The position numbers and the translations under genes were made by a program. DNA of 64,000 bases, taken from assembly GCA_963767925.1 (NCBI GenBank), contig CAVYGB010000002.1, positions 640,001 to 704,000 on the forward strand. Reading direction: 5' to 3'. This DNA is from an uncultured delta proteobacterium. Its GTDB lineage: Bacteria > Myxococcota_A > Polyangia > Fen-1088. A model generated the notes under the pieces. That model ran no database searches, was not told the DNA's origin, and saw only the letters and a program-made list of their open reading frames with translations. Below, piece by piece: positions 61,463-64,000 of this stretch; within the stretch, counting starts at the first letter, position 1, and each line of letters starts with the position of its first letter.

Positions 61463-62509
61463 CTACACGCGCTGGTCGGTGCTGGGTTTCACCCAGAGGT
61501 TGACGGCGCCTTCCTGGGCGTGGCGGTCGATCTGGGTGAGCTCGTCGGGGGTGAAGGTGAGGTTGCTGAGGGACTGGGCGGTGTCCTTCAGTTGCTGGGG
61601 GGAGCTGGCGCCGACCAGGGCGGAGGTCACGCGGGGGTGGCGGAGGACCCAGGCGACGGCCATCTGGGCGAGGGACTGGCCGCGGGCGCGGGCGATCTCG
61701 TCGAGGGCGCGGACGCGGGTCAGGTTCTGTTCGTTGAGGTGGTCGGGGCGCAGGCTGCTGCCGCCGGGGCGGTTGATGCGGGCGTCAGCGGGGACGCCGG
61801 CCAGGTACTTGTCGGTCAGCAGGCCCTGGGCCAGCGGAGAGAAGGGGATGCAGCCGACGCCCTCCTGATCGAGGCGGTCGAGCAGGCCCTTTTCGATCCA
61901 GCGGTTGAACAGGTTGTACGAGGGCTGGTGGATCAGCAGGGGGGTCTTGAGATCGCGCAGGATGGCGGCGGCCTCGCGGGTCTTCTCCGCGGAGTACGAG
62001 GAGAGGCCGACGTAGAGGGCCTTGCCCTGCTGGACGGCGGTGGCGAGGGCGCCCATCGTCTCCTCGAGGGGCGTGTCGGCGTCGAAGCGGTGCGAGTAGA
62101 AGATGTCGACGTAGTCGAGGCCCATGCGCCGCAGGCTCTGGTCCAGGCTGGCGAGCACGTATTTGCGCGAGCCGCCGCCCTGGCCGTAGGGGCCGGGCCA
62201 CATCTGCCAGCCGGCCTTGGTGGAGATGAGGATCTCGTCGCGGTAGGCGGCGAAGTCCTCGCGCAGGAGGCGGCCGAAGTTGATCTCGGCGCTGCCGAAG
62301 GGGGGGCCATAGTTGTTGGCCAGGTCGAAGTGGGTGACGCCGAGGTCGAAGGCGGTGCGCAGCAGCTCGCGCTGGGTGGCGATCGGCGTGCTGTCGCCGA
62401 AGTTGTGCCACAGGCCCAGCGACAGGAGGGGCAGCTTCAGCCCGCTCCGGCCACAGGGCCGGTACTTCATGGTCTCGTATCGGCTGGCGGCGGCGACGTA
62501 GTCCAACAT
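61463..62509 (-). CDS. gpr: Aldo/keto reductase, L-glyceraldehyde 3-phosphate reductase (YghZ/Gpr type)
   Basis: SLGLWHNFG, HFDLANNYGPP.GSAE, ISTKAG, SLDQSL, DIFYSHR, IHQPSYN, SPLAQGLLT. Confidence 0.9.
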   Translation of the reverse strand: MLDYVAAASRYETMKYRPCGRSGLKLPLLSLGLWHNFGDSTPIATQRELLRTAFDLGVTHFDLANNYGPPFGSAEINFGRLLREDFAAYRDEILISTKAGWQMWPGPYGQGGGSRKYVLASLDQSLRRMGLDYVDIFYSHRFDADTPLEETMGALATAVQQGKALYVGLSSYSAEKTREAAAILRDLKTPLLIHQPSYNLFNRWIEKGLLDRLDQEGVGCIPFSPLAQGLLTDKYLAGVPADARINRPGGSSLRPDHLNEQNLTRVRALDEIARARGQSLAQMAVAWVLRHPRVTSALVGASSPQQLKDTAQSLSNLTFTPDELTQIDRHAQEGAVNLWVKPSTDQRV

Positions 62510-62876
62510 GGCCCACAACTACTGCACCGACTTGGCGAGCCGGTCAATCCTCGCCGGCGCGCGGGGATACCGGCGGCTGTCTCCGCCCGCCGGGCCGCCC
62601 ACCGCGGGCGCTCCACCCCTGGTCTCCCTCCCGGCTCACCGCCCCGGCCCGTTCCACCCGAAACCTGCCGTTTACTGGAGCCCCTTTTCCCCGCGGCGAC
62701 CGCCACTTGCCCCCGGAGACCTGCCTCCGACCCAGACGCGCCGCCGCCGCGACCTAACGCCGCTCGCCGGTCGCGTGTCCTCGGCGGAGGCGGCGGGGCC
62801 CGGCCCGTCGGTACCGCGAACGGACCCGTGACTTGACTGGCGGGTTCCGGCGTGACAGCCACCGGGGGAAGCTCCC

Positions 62877-64000
62877 GTGTGGATAGTTGTTCTTGCGCTG
62901 CGGCGCCCTTACACGTTCGTCGTCGCGTCCTTGCTGCTGGTCGCGGTCGGCTGGCAGGTGCTGCGCGAGTCGCCCACCGACATCCTCCCCAGCGTCGACA
63001 TCCCGGTCATCAGCGTCGTCTGGTCGTATGAAGGGCTGCCCGCCGAGCAGATCGAACGGCAGATCACCCAGTTCAGCGAATATTCGCTGACCAACAACGT
63101 CGAGGACGTGCAGCGGATCGAGAGCCAGTCCTTCGATGGCGTCGCGGTCATCCGGGTCTACCTGCAGCCGGGGGCCAGCATCCCCAGCGTCATGGCGCTG
63201 GTGACCGCCGTGTCCCAGACCATCACCCGGCGCATGCCCCCGGGGACCACGCCGCCGACCATCGTGCGCTACACCGCCAGCAGCGTCCCCATCCTGCAGG
63301 TGGCGTTCAGCAGCAGCACGTTGCCCGAAGAGCAGATCTTCGATCACGTCAACCAGCGGGTGCGCAGCATGCTGGCCACCGTGCAGGGGGTCCGCATGCC
63401 CCTGCCCGCCGGGGGCAAGGTCCGGCAGATCGTCGTCGACCTCGACCCCGAGGCGCTCAAGGCCCAGGGGCTGTCGCCCCACGAGGTGACCACCGCCGTC
63501 TCCACCCAGAACCTGGTGCTGCCGACCGGCTCGGCCAAGGTGGGCGGGCGCGAGTACCGGGTCAGCCTGAACAGCAGCCCGGAGGCCATCGCCGCCCTCA
63601 GCGACATCCCCATCCCGCGCCGGGGCCAGCCCCCCGCCTACCTGCGCGACGTGGCCCACGTGCACGACGGCTTCGCCGTGCAGACCAACCTGGCTCGCGA
63701 AAACGGCCGCCGCTCGGTGGTGCTGTCGGTGATGAAGACCGGCGACGCCTCGACGATCGAGGTGGCCCGGCGGGTGCGCGAGCTGATGCCCACCATCCGC
63801 GCCTCGGCGCCCGAGGGGCTGGAGGTGAAGATCCTCTCGGATCAGTCGAGCTTCGTCGAGGCGGCCATCGAGGGGCTGCTGATCGAGGGGCTCATCGCCG
63901 CCTGCCTGACCGCCGCCATGATCCTGCTGTTCCTGGGGAGCTGGCGCAGCACCCTCATCGTGGCGGTGTCGATCCCCCTGTCGGTGGTGGCGGCGCTGCT
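62877..64000 (+). CDS. RND efflux transporter permease (3' partial)
   Basis: VWIVVLALRRPYTFVV, TDILPSVDIPVISVVW, MPPGTTPP, LRDVA.V.DG, DQSSFV, LFLGSWRSTLIV. Confidence 0.92.
   Translation, partial: MWIVVLALRRPYTFVVASLLLVAVGWQVLRESPTDILPSVDIPVISVVWSYEGLPAEQIERQITQFSEYSLTNNVEDVQRIESQSFDGVAVIRVYLQPGASIPSVMALVTAVSQTITRRMPPGTTPPTIVRYTASSVPILQVAFSSSTLPEEQIFDHVNQRVRSMLATVQGVRMPLPAGGKVRQIVVDLDPEALKAQGLSPHEVTTAVSTQNLVLPTGSAKVGGREYRVSLNSSPEAIAALSDIPIPRRGQPPAYLRDVAHVHDGFAVQTNLARENGRRSVVLSVMKTGDASTIEVARRVRELMPTIRASAPEGLEVKILSDQSSFVEAAIEGLLIEGLIAACLTAAMILLFLGSWRSTLIVAVSIPLSVVAAL

Overview
Very GC-rich bacterial window, most likely Myxococcota-like. The evidence is a MYXO-CTERM tail, two cytochrome c/Tat-partner pairs (DUF1592/DUF1552 and DUF1501 types), many Cys-rich lipoproteins and sigma54-type promoters. 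About 60 genes or gene remnants are supported. These include a malic enzyme tail, a metB-like transsulfuration enzyme, secreted hydrolases, an S9 peptidase, a methionyl-tRNA synthetase, a PiT transporter, nagB-nagA-MFS and a three-subunit xanthine-dehydrogenase-family molybdoenzyme. Also present are LysR/NmrA, several toxin-antitoxin loci, an IS4 element inactivated by a nonsense codon, a five-gene amine/lysine-type operon led by an aminotransferase-GNAT-like fusion, an aldo/keto reductase and the start of an RND permease. I saw no rRNA, tRNA or CRISPR array. The top finding is an unannotated Met-rich leader peptide (MSMRMTMRGAPVRPMS) followed by mutually exclusive hairpins, one of which sequesters the metG ribosome-binding site: a candidate methionine-sensing translational attenuator. 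The window also has many internal-deletion or chimeric gene scars (AraC-PIN, APH, GSDH-like, GIDE-like), repeated leaderless-promoter geometry, and single-base homopolymer frameshifts that may be sequencing errors. All calls come from motif recognition by eye; no searches were run.
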